Below are positions 16,441 to 16,955 of a stretch of 16,955 bases of DNA, piece after piece. The position numbers and the translations under genes are program-made. The notes beneath the pieces were generated by a model, which worked only from the letters and a program-made list of their open reading frames with translations, did not search any database and was not told where the DNA came from. The DNA lies in NCBI GenBank assembly GCA_964549075.1, contig CAZJUB010000057.1, positions 1 to 16,955 on the forward strand, given 5' to 3'. The DNA is from an uncultured archaeon (lineage in GTDB: Archaea > Asgardarchaeota > Heimdallarchaeia > Heimdallarchaeales > Heimdallarchaeaceae). Position 1 is the stretch's first letter. Each line of letters opens with the position of its first letter.

Positions 16441-16955
16441 TCAATGTTTATTTTCCTCATATTTCAGGTCTAAATGATCTCTAACAGTTCTCATAAATAG
16501 TTCAATTGAATATTCTGATACATGCTTCATGTTTTCAAGAGGATCAAATTTCAAATATTGTATTCCATCTTTAATTAAAACTATCTCACTTAAATTGAAA
16601 TCCTTTGACCAAGAACATTTTTCTCTATCAAATTCTCCTCCAAGAAATAGGTGGGTGTTAGGACCTTTGGGATGTATCAGATGATTACGTATTTTTTCAT
16701 TAAAAATAACAAGTTCATCAGCTAGCTTTGTGGAAATTTTGTTCAACTCTTCGGCTTTCCTAATTCGTTTCGACAAATAAGAAACTTCAGCAAATTCTGT
16801 AGCAGAGATTATTGAAGATAAGAATGAATCTATAGCAGAGGCAATTGAAAGAATTGAAGCAGCAATAATCCAAAACGGACATGCTTTGAAGATGATTCCG
16901 GATCCATCAACTGGCTTGTGGAAATGTGTTGATGAGTTAGTAACAGAGATTAATA
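16441..16955 (-). CDS. HEPN-like protein, partial (5' end beyond the window)
   Basis: The frame of the 111-aa ORF stays open to the window edge: ...PFWIIAASILSIASAIDSFLSSIISATEFAEVSYLSKRIRKAEELNKISTKLADELVIFNEKIRNHLIHPK... This gives the first HEPN helix (A.IL...SAID..L) plus RNHLIH (nt 16672-16689). Confidence 0.75.
   Translation of the reverse strand, partial: LISVTNSSTHFHKPVDGSGIIFKACPFWIIAASILSIASAIDSFLSSIISATEFAEVSYLSKRIRKAEELNKISTKLADELVIFNEKIRNHLIHPKGPNTHLFLGGEFDREKCSWSKDFNLSEIVLIKDGIQYLKFDPLENMKHVSEYSIELFMRTVRDHLDLKYEENKH

Noticed and set aside
1-16955. Mobile element, tRNA or rRNA call
   Set aside because: No integrase or transposase motifs, terminal inverted repeats, att-like repeats or GC-rich structured RNA segments are visible within the window.

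Overview
AT-rich, gene-dense accessory region, most likely archaeal: TATA-box-like elements sit about 22-33 nt upstream of apparently leaderless ATG/TTG starts, and several proteins end in PCNA-interacting (PIP-box-like) motifs. Asgard-type affiliation is plausible but is inference. No housekeeping genes, RNA genes, CRISPR array, integrase or transposase are visible. The window looks like a defence/conflict island. It holds four proteins with HEPN-type RxxxxH motifs (444 aa; 533 aa ApeA-like; the N-terminus of a 1730-aa HEAT-repeat protein; a partial gene at the right edge). It also has a 778-aa protein of nine ~68-aa tandem repeats fused to a PD-(D/E)XK nuclease with a terminal PIP-like motif, and two paralogous ~80-90-aa 'WIPKS' genes with PIP-like tails, each divergent from a predicted nuclease gene. 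Three co-oriented HEAT (PBS-lyase-type) repeat genes span ~9 kb, one with an N-terminal winged HTH. The left edge has the end of an HExxH gene coupled to a two-TM membrane protein. All family calls come from motif reading by eye; no searches were run.
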